Part shown: positions 14,926-29,456 of the stretch, one piece after another
How the letters are laid out: every line of letters starts with the position of its first letter
Numbering within the stretch: the stretch's first letter is position 1
Origin: the human T2T-CHM13v2.0 reference genome, Homo sapiens
Direction: 5' to 3' (one strand)
NCBI RefSeq assembly: GCF_009914755.1
Contig: NC_060930.1
DNA length: 64,000 nt
The notes under the pieces: model-generated
Database searches by the model: none
Seen by the model: only the letters and a program-made list of their open reading frames with translations
Told to the model about the DNA's origin: nothing
Translations under genes and position numbers: made by a program

Positions 14926-15326
14926 TTTCACTTGTGTCCGTGTGAAGAGACCACCAAACAGCCTTTGTGTGAGCAACAAGGCTATTTATTTCACCGGGGT
15001 GCAGGCGGGCTGAGTCTGAAAAGAGACAGTGAAGGGAGATAGGGGTGGGGCCATTTTATAAGATTTGGGTAGGTAAAGGAAAATTACAGTCAAAGGGGGG
15101 TTGTTCTCTGGTGGGCAGGAGTGGGGGTCACAGGTGCTCAGTAGGGGACCTTTTGAGCCAGGAGAAGGAATTTCACAAGACAATGTCATCAGTTAAGGTA
15201 GGAACAGGCCATTTTCACTTCTTTTGTGGTGGAATGTCATCAGTTAAGGCAGGAACCCGCCATCTGGATGTGTGCGCGCAGGTCACAGGGGATATGATGG
15301 CTTAGCTTGGGCTCAGAGGCCTGACA
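14926..15326 (-). repeat. HERV-H 3' LTR (LTR7 family, 401 bp)
   Basis: TATAAAA at 15054-15060 and AATAAA at 14985-14990 on minus; preceded by polypurine tract AAGAAGACAGGAA (15327-15339). Confidence 0.95.
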
Positions 15327-15739
15327 TTCCTGTCTTCTTATATTAATAAGAAAAATAAAATAGTGGTAAAGTGTTGGGATGGTGAAAATTTTGGGGGGTG
15401 GTATGGAGAAATAATGGGCGATGTTTCTTGGGGCTGCTTTGAGGGGGATTAGGGGTGGCGTGGGAACCTACAGTGGGAGAGATTAAGCTGAAGGAAGATT
15501 TTGTGGTAAGGGGTGATATTGTGGGGTTGTTAGAAGAAACATTTGTCTTGTAGAATTATTGGTGATGGCCTGGATACAGTTTTGCATGAATTGAAAAACT
15601 AAATGGAATAAAAGAAGGAGAAAAACAGGTCTTAAAGGACTAAGAATTGGGAGGACCTAGGACATCTAATTAGAGAATGCCTAAGGAGGTTCAGCATAGG
15701 CTTGCCAGCAAAGATTATTTATTTACTTTAAGAGTTAAG

Positions 15740-17801
15740 CGTGGCGGTTCGGGGATAGCACCAGGAGACATCAGCTGTGATGGCTTGGAGAAACAGTGTA
15801 AACCAGCAGTGTAAACAAGAGCAGGGCGTGTATGAGTAGTTGAGAACAGTGAATAGGAGGATGACTAGACAGAAGATAATAGGGATGACAAGTTTTTTGG
15901 AGCACAGTCTAAGTTGGTCTGGTGTCTGGAATGAGACTGGGGCCTAATAAAAAGGAGTGTCTATAGAGGAGCTTAAATGGGCTGTACCTTGTAGCATTCT
16001 GAGGACAGGCCTGAATTCTCAGAAGGGCAGGTGGTAAAAGTATTGTCCAGTCATTTTTAAGTTGGTGGCTGAGCTTGGTGTGGTGTGTTTTTCAAAGACT
16101 ATTAGTTCACTGAATACTAAGAGCCTGAGAAACTGCTTGGGTGATTTGACTAATAAAGGCCAGTCTGTTATAGGACTGTATAAATGTGGGAAGGCCAAAC
16201 TGAGGAATTATGTCTGACAGAAGGGAAGAAATGACTGTGATGGCCTTCTTAGACCCTGTGGGAAAGGCCTCTACCTATCCAGTGAAAGTGTCTACCTAGA
16301 CCAAGAGGTATTTTAGTTTCCTGACTCGGGGCATGTTGAGTAAAGTCAATTTGCCAGTCCTGGGCAGGGGCAAATCCCCAAGCTTAATGCGTAGTGAAGG
16401 GAGGGGGCCTGAATAATCCCTGAGAAGTAGTAGAATAGCAGATGGAACACTGAGAAGTTATTTCCTTGAGGATAGATTTCCACAACAGAAAGGAAATGAG
16501 AGGTTCCAAGAGGCAGGCTAGTGGCTTGTACTATAGCATAGCCTGCCTTTGCTGGTGTGTGGTGATTAGGCCTGGTGGAACTGCCATCAATAAACCAAGT
16601 GTGATCGGGGTGAGGAACAGGAAAGAAGGAAATATGGGGAAATGGGGAGAATGTCAGGTGGATCAGAGAGATACAGTCATGAGGGTCAGGTGTGGTATCA
16701 GGAATAATGTGGGAGGCCGGATTGAAGTCCAGGCCAGGAATAATGGTAATTGTGGGAGACTCAACAAAGAGTGAGTACAGCTGAAGGAGCTGGAGAGCAG
16801 AAATTATATGTGTCAGGTGTGATGAAGAAAATAGATTTTGGAAGTTATGAGAACTGTAGAGAGTGAGTTGAGCATAGTTTGTGATTTTAAGGGCCTCTAA
16901 AAGTATTAGGGCAGTGGTGGCCACCGCACACAGACTTGAGAGCTAGGCAAAACAGTAAGGTCAAGTTGTTTGGATAGAAAGGCTACAGGGCACAGTCCTG
17001 GTTCTTGTGTAAGAATTCCAATTGCACAGCCCTGCACTTTGGCTGTGGGTAATGAAAAGGGTTGGGATGAGTCAGGGAGAGCTAGGATGGGGGCAGTCTC
17101 TAAAGCTGTCTTCAAGGAATGGAAAGAGGATGGGGAAAGGATTTAGGATCTATGGGGTCAGCCGGGTTCCTTTTGTGAGTTTATATAATGGTTTTGTTAG
17201 GATGGCAAAACCAGGTATCTAAAGTCAAAAGTATCCAACCATGCCTAGGAAGGAAAGGAGTTGTTGTTTTGTAGAAGGCGCTGGGGTTTGAGAGATCAGT
17301 TGGACATGATCGGCAGGGAGAGCACGTGTGTTTTTTATGAGAATTATGCTGAGATAGGTAACAGATGAGGAAGAAATTTGGGCTTGACTAAAGTAATGGG
17401 CGCTGTCTGCGAAGCTTTGCAGCAGTACAGCCCAGGTAATTTGATGAGCCTGATGGGTGTCAGGGTCAGTCCAAGTGAAAGCAAAGAGAGGCTGGGATGA
17501 AGGGTGCAAAGGAATGGTAAAGAAAGCATGTTTGAGATCCAGAATAGAATAATGGGTTGTGGAGTGAGGTATTGAGGATAGGAGAGTATATGGGTTTGGC
17601 ACCATGGGCTGGATAGGCAAAACAATTTGGTTGATAAGGCGCAGATCCTGAACTAACCTGTAAGCCTTGTCTGGTTTTAGGACAGGTAAAATGGGGGAAT
17701 TGTAAGGGGAGTTTATAGGCTTTAAAATGCCATGCTGTAGCAGGTGAGTGATAACAGACTTTAATCCTTTTAAAGCATGCTGTGGGATGGGATATTGGCA
17801 T
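15740..17801 (-). pseudogene. pol: HERV-H pol remnant (reverse transcriptase, RNase H, partial integrase); frameshifted and deleted
   Basis: ORF fragments YSILDLKHAFFTIPLHPSSQPLFAFTW (RT), APILALPD..QPF (connection), TWFIDGSS (RNase H); no YxDD motif visible. Left boundary approximate. Confidence 0.85.
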
Positions 17802-18016
17802 TGAGCAGGGTAAGGGTGATTAGGTTTTAATGGGATGGTAAGGGGTGCATGATCAGTCGCTAAGGAGGGAGTAGAGGTGTCCTATACTTGTGGGTTAAGG
17901 TGGGGAGATACAAGGGGAGGATGTGAAGGAGGCTTTGAGCTGGGGGAAAAGGCGGCAATGAGGTGTGGCTATAGCCCAGGAATAGTCAGGGAAGCAGATA
18001 ATTTAGTTAAAGTGTC

Positions 18017-18262
18017 TCAGCCTAATAAGGCAAATGGGTAGGTGGGGATAACTAAAAAGGAGTGCTTAAAAGAGTATTGTCTAAGTTGGTACCAGAGTTG
18101 GGCAGTTTTAAGAGGTTTAGAAGCCTGGCTGTCAGTACCCACAACAGTTATGGAGGCAAGGGAAACAGGTCCTTGAAAAGCAGGTAATGTGGAGTGGGTA
18201 GCCTCTGTATTGACTAAGAAGGGGATGGACTTACCCTCCACTGCGAGAGTTACCCAGAGCAC
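18017..18262 (-). pseudogene. pro: HERV-H protease remnant
   Basis: VTLAVEGKSIPFLVNTEATHSTL; the catalytic DTGA motif reads NTEA. Confidence 0.85.
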
Positions 18263-18302
18263 CTGTGATGGTCCTGTAGGCTTCTGAGGCGATACGGCAG
18301 TG

Positions 18303-19450
18303 TCAGTCTTCAGCTGCTAAGCCGAGAAGATCTGGGAAGGAGTCAGTCAGAGAGCCTTGGGCCAGAGTTCCAGGTGCTCTGGGAGTGGCTGCTGGGTGAG
18401 TTGGACAGTCCGATTTCCAGTGGGGTCCCGCACAGATGGGACATGGCTTAGGAGGAATCCCAGGCTGCAGGCATTCCTTGGCCTGGTGGCCAGATTTCTG
18501 GCACTTGTAGCAAGATCCTGGTGTTCTGGAGGAATGCCTGGCCACTGTGGTTCAGGCTTTTGGAAGTTCTTGTGTGCTGGAGATGTGGCTGGGGTTTGTC
18601 TCACAGTGGAGGTAAGGAACTGCAACTTTTTTCTATTATTGTACACCTTGAAGGTGAGGTTAATTAAGTCCTGTTGTGGGGTTTGAGGGCTGGAATTTAA
18701 TTTTTGGAGTTTTATTTAATGTCGGGAGCAGATTGGGTAATAAAATGTATATTGAGGATAAGATGGCCTTTTGGCCTTTTGAGGTTTTGGGGTCTAGCAC
18801 TGTAAAGCATCTCAGGGTTGCTGCCAAACAAGCCATGAACCGGGCTGGGTTTTTATACTTGACGAAAAAGAGCCTAAACGCTATCTGATTTGGGATAAAG
18901 AAAAAGGAGCATTAACCTTGACTATGCCTTAACTCCAGCCACCTTTCTAAGAGGAAATTGCTGGGCAGGTGGGGGAGGGCTAGTCACAGAAGGAAACTGT
19001 AAGCCAGACCGGGTGTGAGGAGGGGAGGTGATAAAAGGATTATAGGGTGGAGGAGCAGAGGCTGAGGAAGAATTGGGACCTAGCTTGGCCTGGTGAGGAG
19101 GGGAGAGGTCAGATGGGTCTGTAGAAAAGGAAGATTAGAAAGACTCAGCGACGCTTTGGGGGTGGGACTGAGGGGACAGGCAGGAGGGAAAAAAGGAAGA
19201 TTTGGGATGAGTTGCATTGGGAACAGACTAGGGAGGGACCGATGTGTAAAAGAATGCCTGGACGTCAGGCACCTCCAACCATTTGCCCATTTTACGACAA
19301 GAATTATTCAGATCTTGTAGGAAAAATTGAAAGTGCCATTTTCTGGCTATTTGGAACTACTGTTGAGTTTGTACTGGGGTCAAGCGGCATTGCAGAAGAA
19401 AATAAGGCATTTAGGTTTTAGGTCAGGTGTGAGTTGAAGAGGTTTTAGAT
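18303..19450 (-). pseudogene. gag: HERV-H gag remnant
   Basis: Two CCHC zinc knuckles [14 protein letters not shown] and [13 protein letters not shown], ending DLLGLAAED-stop. Upstream boundary approximate. Confidence 0.8.
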
Positions 19451-20015
19451 TTTTAAGAACACAGGCTAAGGGAGAAGAAGGGGGAATGGAGGGCAGAAGC
19501 TTGCCCATAGTGAACAAGGCAAGCCCACAGAAAAGAGAGAGTAGAGACATGGAGAGAAGGGGTGGGGGGTTCTTGCCACCCAGAAAAGCAGAGAAGGGGT
19601 AGAGACACGGAGAGTAGGGGCTGGGGGATTCTTGCCCCCCAGAAAAGTGGTACTTGCCACTAAGGGTGAAGTAGAAGGGGTTGGGGGTTCTTGCCCCCCA
19701 GAAAAGCAGTACTTGCTGCTAAGGGTGAAGGACCAAGGCAGGCGTCCCTGTGTGGTCAGACACCTCTGAAACGTAGGTTAATAATCAGGCAGGCATCCCC
19801 ACATGATTAAACACCAAGGGAAGACTGTCTTCATGAGTCCATGACTGGCACCGGAGTTTTGGGTCCATGGATAAAAGCGTCTCCTTCGTCTCTACCAGAA
19901 AAAGAAAGGAACTGAAATTAAGAAAAGGGAGAGATTGAAGTGTGGTGCCAAGACTGAAAGGAGAAAGAGGTTGAGGGATAGTGAGAGAGGTTGGAGAAGA
20001 GAGTAAAAAGAGGCC

Positions 20016-20024
20016 GCTTACCGG
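20016..20024 (-). promoter_or_regulatory. HERV-H major splice donor
   Basis: Minus strand AAATCCG|GTAAGC, about 145 nt downstream of the 5' LTR. Confidence 0.75.
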
Positions 20025-20147
20025 ATTTAAAATTGGTGAGATGTTCCTTGGGCTGGTTGGTCTGAGGGCCAGAGGTCATAGGTGGATCTTTCTCATGGAA
20101 CAAAGAGCAGGAGGACAGGGGATCGATCTCCCAAGGGAGGTCCCCCA

Positions 20148-20165
20148 ATCTGAGTCACGGCACCA
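20148..20165 (-). other. Primer-binding site complementary to tRNA-His
   Basis: TGGTGCCGTGACTCAGAT just after the 5' LTR; one mismatch to TGGTGCCGTGACTCGGAT. Confidence 0.92.
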
Positions 20166-20167
20166 AA

Positions 20168-20577
20168 TTTCACTAACATCCATGTGAAGAGACCATCAAA
20201 CAGGCTTTGTGTGAGCAACAAGGCTGCTTATTTCACCTGGGTGCAGGTGGGCTGAGTCTGAAAAGAGAGTCAGCAATGGGAGATGGGGGTGGGGCCATTT
20301 TATAAGATTTGGATAGGTAAAGGAAAATTACAGTCAAAGGGAGGTTGTTCTCTGGTGGGCAGGAGTGGGGGTCACAGGTGCTCAGTAGGGGAGCTTTTGA
20401 GCCAGGATGAGCCAGGAGAAGGAATTTCACAAGATAATGTCATCAGTTAAGGCAGGAACAGGCCATTTTCACTTTTGTGGTGGAATGTCATCAGTTAAGG
20501 CAGGAACCGGCCATCTGGATGTGTACATGCAGGTCACAGGGGATATGATGGCTTAGCTTAGGCTCAGAGGCCTGACA
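20168..20577 (-). promoter_or_regulatory. HERV-H 5' LTR (LTR7 family, 410 bp), potential promoter firing leftward
   Basis: TATAAAA at 20298-20304, GGCCCCACCCC Sp/KLF box, adjacent to the primer site. Confidence 0.93.
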
Positions 20578-21019
20578 ATTATATTTTCACAGCCTTTGTA
20601 AATATCCGTGGTTGTCTTTTATTCATCTGAAAACAATTTTGGTGGTAAGATGAATTTTTACAGGGGCAGATGAATATATGACCAGAATGATTTATACTAC
20701 TTAAGAACATCCTGTACACTCAAAAATTATTTTCTTACTTTAACATAATAAAAACTAAATTCCACTTTTACTTTCTATATTCCCCACATATGATTTTCTG
20801 TTAAAAAAAAATTCATACATTTTTATCTATCAAGACTGAGTCAAATTTGTCAACATTTTAAAACCTTTATTTCTTTCAAACACATGCTTTAGAATTAGTA
20901 TAAATGAAGGAAAATAAAGTATTACTTCCCCATAGACCTTCTAAACTTACTGTGCACTCTTGTTATTGTCTTCTTTCTCATGCTGGCACAAGCAGACAAT
21001 TTTATTTCAGGATAAAAGT

Positions 21020-21480
21020 ATCCTTTACTTCTTGGTACCATTTAAGTGTATGTCTCTAAACAAGATAGCTTGATTTAACTAATTTTGGAACTTACACAAA
21101 TGCAGTTACGTGTATATATTCTCTTGTCTCTGCATCCTTTTACTAACATTATGTTTGTAAGATTCATGCATGTTTTTATACACGGCTGAAGTTCATTCAA
21201 TTTTATTATAATCATTGTGTGATTATACCTAAATTTTCTCCATTCTATTATTGATGGACATTTAGGAAATTTTTAGTTTTTGGCATTTAGGAGCAATGTT
21301 CCTATAAACATTCTTGAAAAATGTATCCTAGTGCATATATGCCCATGTTTCTCCAGTTGATGTAGAAGTGGAATTGCTGAGCCATAGATATGTGCATCTT
21401 CTACTTTACTAGGTCAGGCCAAACTGTTTTGCAAAGTGCTTTGCGATATTAAGCCCTGCTAGCAGTGTATGACAAGCATT
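21020..21480 (-). mobile_element. Degraded L1M 3' fragment
   Basis: CATTCTATTATTGATGGACATTTAGG, AGAAGTGGAATTGCTGAGCCATAG are antisense L1 motifs. Confidence 0.65.
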
Positions 21481-22116
21481 GTAAGACTTCAATTTGAATT
21501 TTAAAAGGCAATTGTACTGGTTATAACTACTGTGATTAGTCCAGTTCTAGAGAGCAGCAGGGATGTGTGACACTTACCCCTAAGATTGCTCAGACTTTGC
21601 TGGAAAACTCACACTCTTCCTTCCCTCTGCCTTAACTCCTCTGTAACCTTGACTCCTATCTCCCACCTCCTTCTGAGACTTGCTCTCCTAATCCTACCTC
21701 CTCCTTCTCTTCACCCCTTTCCTTACCTCTTTCCTCCAAATGACTATTTCTACAATCTTCTCTTTGTTGAGCCTTCTTTTTCATTTCCTTTGCCCGACTT
21801 TATCCTTTTTAGCAGCTACTATTTGTTGTACTAATTATAGCCTTTGTTTTCTTCTAATTTCAAGAGGCAGGTAAGTAGAACCCATTTCCTGTCTCAAAAA
21901 TATCTCTGTCTTATACATTGTATCAATCATGTTCACTGTCATTCTAAGGAGAACAGCCTCTCCCAGTCCATTAGGCTACTGTTTGTTTTGAATTATGTGA
22001 TGTATGAGTCCTCCTCTAGTTCTAGATAATTAAACCAAGTGTGGTAATTGGCCCAGCCTGTCAATTCATGAATGGGCCAACAACCAGAACATGGCTCTGT
22101 AAAAACAAGATGAACC

Positions 22117-24035
<1,919 letters not shown>

Positions 24036-25709
24036 TTAGTTAATTTTTTAAAAGGTGAATTATGCTATGCCTGTGATTATATTCCTGGATGCCTGTGAGA
24101 AACCTCTCTTGATTTCTGCCCAGTCTATAGTTATCTGTTAAACATTTTAATTACTTGAGGCAAGGAAGAATTTCCTCTCTATGTTGCAAGCAGAGAACAG
24201 GTCTAGAAAAACTCTAAATTAGTTATACTTCTTCACATGAGGGACCTTTAATCAATGTTTTCCCTCTGGAGGTCCCTGGCCTTCAATGGAGGCTGATCTT
24301 GAACTACACCCACACACAGGTCCCCCGGCTCTTAAAATTTACATTTGTCTTTTATCACAGAAAGGTTGTTATGTTCAGTTTGCTAAAGATGATACTGGCT
24401 GTTAGGTTTTTACATTTTTATCCACAATGTTTATCAAGAGAAACTATTTTTACAGAAAACACTACTAAGAAGGATGTAGCACCGCATGTTCCCAAATGGG
24501 AGTATTTGTGTCTTCACACATGCTGGTGAAGGGCATCACTGAAGCCAAAGAGTAAAAATAAAAAAGCAGATATAAGACATGGTAAAAATACAATCTTACA
24601 ATATGTGATCTTGAGGGGATAATAAGGATGGCTTATTTTAGACTAACATTAAACTAGACACTAAATAATGGCTTTAGATGTAAAACTCCATCCTTTCCCT
24701 GCTTTTATTGCAAAATAGATGTTCTCTATGATGGTTTACTAGGATCTTTTCCAAGTATCTTCATCCCAGCTTTGCGTTTTCACTAGTAACCCTGATGTTT
24801 CAAATTTATTAACCACTTAATTTAAGTAATTCTCATGGGCGAAAGCTCTTCAGGAAGAGATGAGATCAGCCAACAAAACAGTGTTATAGAATTACAGAAG
24901 TTACAAATGAGAAATGACCAAATGAGGAGACAGTATTGGAGAGTGAAACCGACTTACTTGGAGTTGCATGTCACATAGCTTCAGAGGAGCCAGGACCCAA
25001 ACTTAGATATGCCTCCCCTTTCTCTAGTACCCTGCCCATTTGTTTATAACTTTTTCCAAAAAAATTATCAACTTTGCCAAATCTTTGTCCTGTCATTTTG
25101 AAGCACAGGGTATATAAGCTTTGTGGTGTGTTATCCTGACATCAGTGTCCTCTTGTGATTCAGTGCAAATATAACTCTAGGTCTTACCAGGGGCATGTGA
25201 GCTGATGAGAGAATAGGAAAGATTCAAATCTAAGGTAGTGTTCAGACTTGGAGTGCAAGAGGCAGAGAAGCATGAATGGGAGAAAAAATGCCATCAGGGA
25301 AGATGAGGGTGTTGCAAACAAAATTTGGCCTACTTGCTAATTTTTCTTAGGCCTTCCATTGGCTAAAATGAAATCAGTCTGATTTTCACTATATGCTGAT
25401 AGAAAAAGAAATAAAAAATAGATGGCATTATTTTGGAGGCACGTGAATTTTATAAGATGCGGATGATGAAATCAGGAGAGCCAAAATAACTTCTAAGTTT
25501 TGTTTTGCAGAAGATATAAAAGGAAATGGAAAAACACTGTTAATATAGAAGACCAAAAAGAGGATAAAGGAAAGCAGTTTGCTTTTATTGCAAGGAGAAG
25601 TTTTTCTCTAATTTTTAAAATGTTTATTTATATGAAAATAATAGAAATTGTGGCAATTTGGGAAGATGAGCAGGACGCTTACCTTGAATAAGAAAGGAAA
25701 GCTTCAATT

Positions 25710-26370
25710 CTCACATAGCTACACAAAGTAATCTTTTCAAAATGCAAATCTGACCGCATCTCTGTCATTCTCCATTGTTGTTAAAAGACCAAAATTCTTA
25801 ACACACATACAAGGCTTTGCCTCACCTTGTCCCTGTGTACTTCTCTCCCCTCCTAATCATAGTCTATCAATTTCCTCCATCCACTGAAGTTTGCCCCCAA
25901 CCTGCTGGTCATCCTGGCCATCTTTCAAGCACTAGCCATCTTGGCCGTCTTTCAATCTGTCAGTCACCATGTTCTTTCTTGCCCAAGGTCTTTTTAAGTG
26001 CTCTTTCCTCTGCCTTAATACTCCTCCTTCTACCTGAACTCCCACCTGCACCTACTCAGTTCTTACTCATCCACCATATCTCAGCCAATATGTCAATTTC
26101 TCAAAGACTTTTCTGATCCTCTTGGCCCAATTTAAATTGAGTCACATTCTTACAGGCCACGTATGTTTCTTTTATGCTAATTATGTATGTTTCTGTTATA
26201 GCATTAATTGTATGGTCATATGTAGTGTGTGATTGTTTAAAGAGGTCTATTTCTCCCATCAAACTATGAGTTCTGGAAGGCAGTCCTCACTCTTTTGCTC
26301 ACCAATGTTGTCCTGAGTGGCCATCACAATGTCTGCTGCATATTTGTTGTGCTAATAAATACTTTTTCAA
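25710..26370. mobile_element. L2 fragment(s)
   Basis: AAAATGCAAATCTGACC, CAAACTATGAGTTCTGGAAGGCAG, GCTAATAAATACTT are L2 3'-end-like motifs. Confidence 0.55.
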
Positions 26371-26391
26371 TTAGTGTTAAATGTTATGGAC

Positions 26392-26884
26392 TGTAGCAGG
26401 ACAAGCCGCATACAAAACCCCTCAGACATGGAGATAGTGAAGGGAATGGCTTTAATCAGCTGGAAGCATCAGCAGACTAGCCTCTTAAAATCCAAGCTTG
26501 TCGGGTGCACAATTTCTGTGCCTTTTAAGGGCTCACAACACTAAGGGTTTCACATGAAAGGGTCGTAATTGATTGAGCAAGCCAGGGGGTACGTGACAGG
26601 GGCTGCATGCACCGGTGGTCAGAGTGAAACAGGACAGACCGGGAAGTTTCACAATGTCTTTCCATACAACGTCTGGAATCTATAGATAACATCAGTTGCT
26701 AGGTCAGGGGTCAAATTTTAACAGACTTAGGTCAGGCAGGCCCAGGCCTGGTTTCAGGTCTGGTTCCTTTGTTTTGGGTCTGTTCGTAGGCACCAGGCTA
26801 CCTGCCTTTAGTTTTGCTTCTCTTTCTTTTTCTGAGTGTAGAACAATATAAAACAATATGAGAGGGTCTGTCTCTCTTCTCTCA
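26392..26884 (-). mobile_element. ERV1 solo LTR, LTR6 (HERV-S71)-like
   Basis: Minus strand TGAGAGAAGAGAGACAGACCCTCTCATATTG...CCTGCTACA with TG..CA termini; GAC on both flanks. Family name from memory. Confidence 0.75.
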
Positions 26885-26921
26885 GACCACTTAAAAATAA
26901 TCTAATAAAGGGACATGGAAG

Positions 26922-27229
26922 AATCTGGAAGCCATCAGTCACAGCAAACAGGAACAGAAAACCAAGCACTGCATGTTCTCACTCATAAGTGTGAGTTGAA
27001 CAATGAGAACACATGGACACAGGGAGGGGAACATCACACACTGGGGCCTGTGGGGGGTGGAGTGGGGGGCTAGGGGAGGGATAGTATTAGGAGAAATACC
27101 GAATGTAGATGATGGGTTGATGGGTGCAGCAAACCACCATGGCACATGTATACCTGTGTAACAAACCTGCACATTCTGCACATGTATCCCAGAACTTAAC
27201 ATAAAAAAAACAAAACAGAACAAAACAAA
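26922..27229 (+). mobile_element. L1PA (about PA7-PA10) short 3' end
   Basis: GCATGTTCTCACTCATAAGTG, G-rich tract, GTATCCCAGAACTTAA, A-rich tail. Confidence 0.88.
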
Positions 27230-28420
27230 ATGGAACCAAAAAGATATAAGCTTTGAAATCTGTATTAGGAATGGGACATAAAGTGAGTCTTCAGTCTTTT
27301 AACCTGGTGTCATATAAATTATTCTAGAGGTACAACCAATCAGGTGAGGTTTGAGGGATTTGTACTTGAAAAATCATAGGAGATACCTCTCTTGTGGAAT
27401 TTAGTGTGAAGATTAAATGAATTAGTAAATTAAGTATAATGATAAGTATTTAAGTTTAATAAGTAAATGAATTACTAAATATAGTACATATGAAATATAT
27501 AAAATAGTACCTGGGCCCATAGTAAAAATTAAATATATTATTGTTCTGATTATTGTTTTTAAAATCCGAAGAAAATTTAATTGCCTATTTTGGTGCCTAG
27601 AGTCTCATGTAATGGGGCTGGGGGATGGGGTATGAAGACATTAAGACTTTTAAATAAACCATAAGAAAAGCCACCTCAAAGCCTAAATAGCTCAGGGCTA
27701 GGAGTCAGTCTTGTCTGAAGCCCATCACCAATGACCTATCACAAAGGCCTTTAACCCATCTGAATCCTAGTCGCTTCAGGCTTGGCTTACCATTTTTGCT
27801 ATGTGAGCTTCCTAAGTCACTTGTCTTTTCTGAGACTGACTTTCTTTGCTTAAAACAGCATTTGTTATTTTGTATCCTGCACAATTTTTGTCATTTCCTT
27901 GTGCCACTTATACCATTTAAAAATATTTTTTCTTTAATTGGCTCACTTTTTATTTAAATAAATCTATGTAAAAAGGAAACTTTACATATTGCCATAAATG
28001 GAAAATTAATAACATAGTAGTTCCCCAAAATAGGGTGACAATAAAGTTTATAATAATACTTAAAAACAATGTAATAAACTCTGGATATTATTGCCTGACA
28101 AAAGTTCTGAGGCTTAAAGTCTGTTATGTTTTTATGAAAATGGAGATGTGTTCTAAAGGTTTTATAGAAATATCAGCACCAAACTGAAATTTTCTCCTTA
28201 CACAAAGTCCTGAAAGAGAATTGTAAATAAGATATCTCCTTTGTCACATAGTTCCTCATTGAATGTCATGTAAGGTCGCCACCTAAAGTCATCCCAAGAT
28301 CATCTGCAAGACACACCTCACATTTGAATAACATGGATCTAAAAATTGGAGATCATGATAAAAATACACAGCCCTGTGGGGTTTTTGAGAATAAAATTAG
28401 ATGTAGTATTTGAAACTGCT

Positions 28421-28719
<299 letters not shown>

Positions 28720-29417
28720 CTGCTCTGTAAATTTTAAAAATCTATGTAGTCGTGCATATTTTAAAAATGAGATAGCATTTACGTGCTAATTTTGTTTTTT
28801 ATGTTACAAGGGACAGAAACAAACTTGGAAAAGCTTAAGAGAGATAGGGTTTTTTTTTAATGGAACAGTAATTACATTTTAGCACTATCTGTTCTGATAC
28901 CTCCCTCTTTATTGTGTGCGTGTGTTTGCAGTTCTATTGCTATCATATTCTCATCTTCAGTCTCCTTTAAGCAGCCAAGAGTTAAGTAGTAGTTTGATTA
29001 AGCATCACCTAATACGGAGTGCTCCTACCGGACAATTTTGGCTCAGTTCTTGCTCCCTGGGTTATTCCAACACAGTGAGGGTGACTGGGTTAATTTTCAG
29101 GCAAGTACATGGTTCTTTTCTTCAAAGGGGCATTAAAAAGCCGAGTTACTATAAGACATAGTGAGGTTTTGTGTCCTGCCCAGCACAGTAAGCCAAAGGG
29201 CTTTGGAAGTTAAAAGTACATATCCTTGTTATATAAACTGCTAGAAATCTGAATGCAAAATCGTGGTAGGAGGCCAAGCAGCAGTGGAAACACTGATGAA
29301 AACCAGCAAATGAGTTGCTGAGGATCTGCACTTATACCGTAAAGGTGGATGGTCAGCTGTTGTTACTTCCTCCAACCTTGCCCTCCCTCTGGGCAAGCCC
29401 ATCTCCCACTCCCAATT

Positions 29418-29456
29418 CACACACAAATACACACAAACACACACACACACACACAC
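29418..29456 (+). repeat. (CA)n microsatellite, interrupted
   Basis: Direct reading. Confidence 0.9.

Larger units (their letters stand above)
14926..20577 (-). mobile_element. HERV-H provirus, common ~5.7-kb internally deleted form with two LTR7-type LTRs
   Basis: Two LTRs (TGTCAGGCCTCTGAGCC...TGAAA on minus); TSD ATTAT at 14921-14925 and 20578-20582; tRNA-His primer site, polypurine tract, gag/pro/pol remnants; env largely absent. Confidence 0.97.

Noticed and set aside
16346-18646. Functional retroviral Gag/Pro/Pol proteins
   Set aside because: Broken into several frames, protease catalytic Asp absent, RT YxDD region missing; treated as pseudogenes.
19540-19735. Three GGGGGTTCTTGCCCCCCAGAAAAG-like repeats with spacers, superficially CRISPR-like
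   Set aside because: Inside the HERV-H leader, where such repeats are usual; spacers resemble each other; eukaryotic context with no cas genes.
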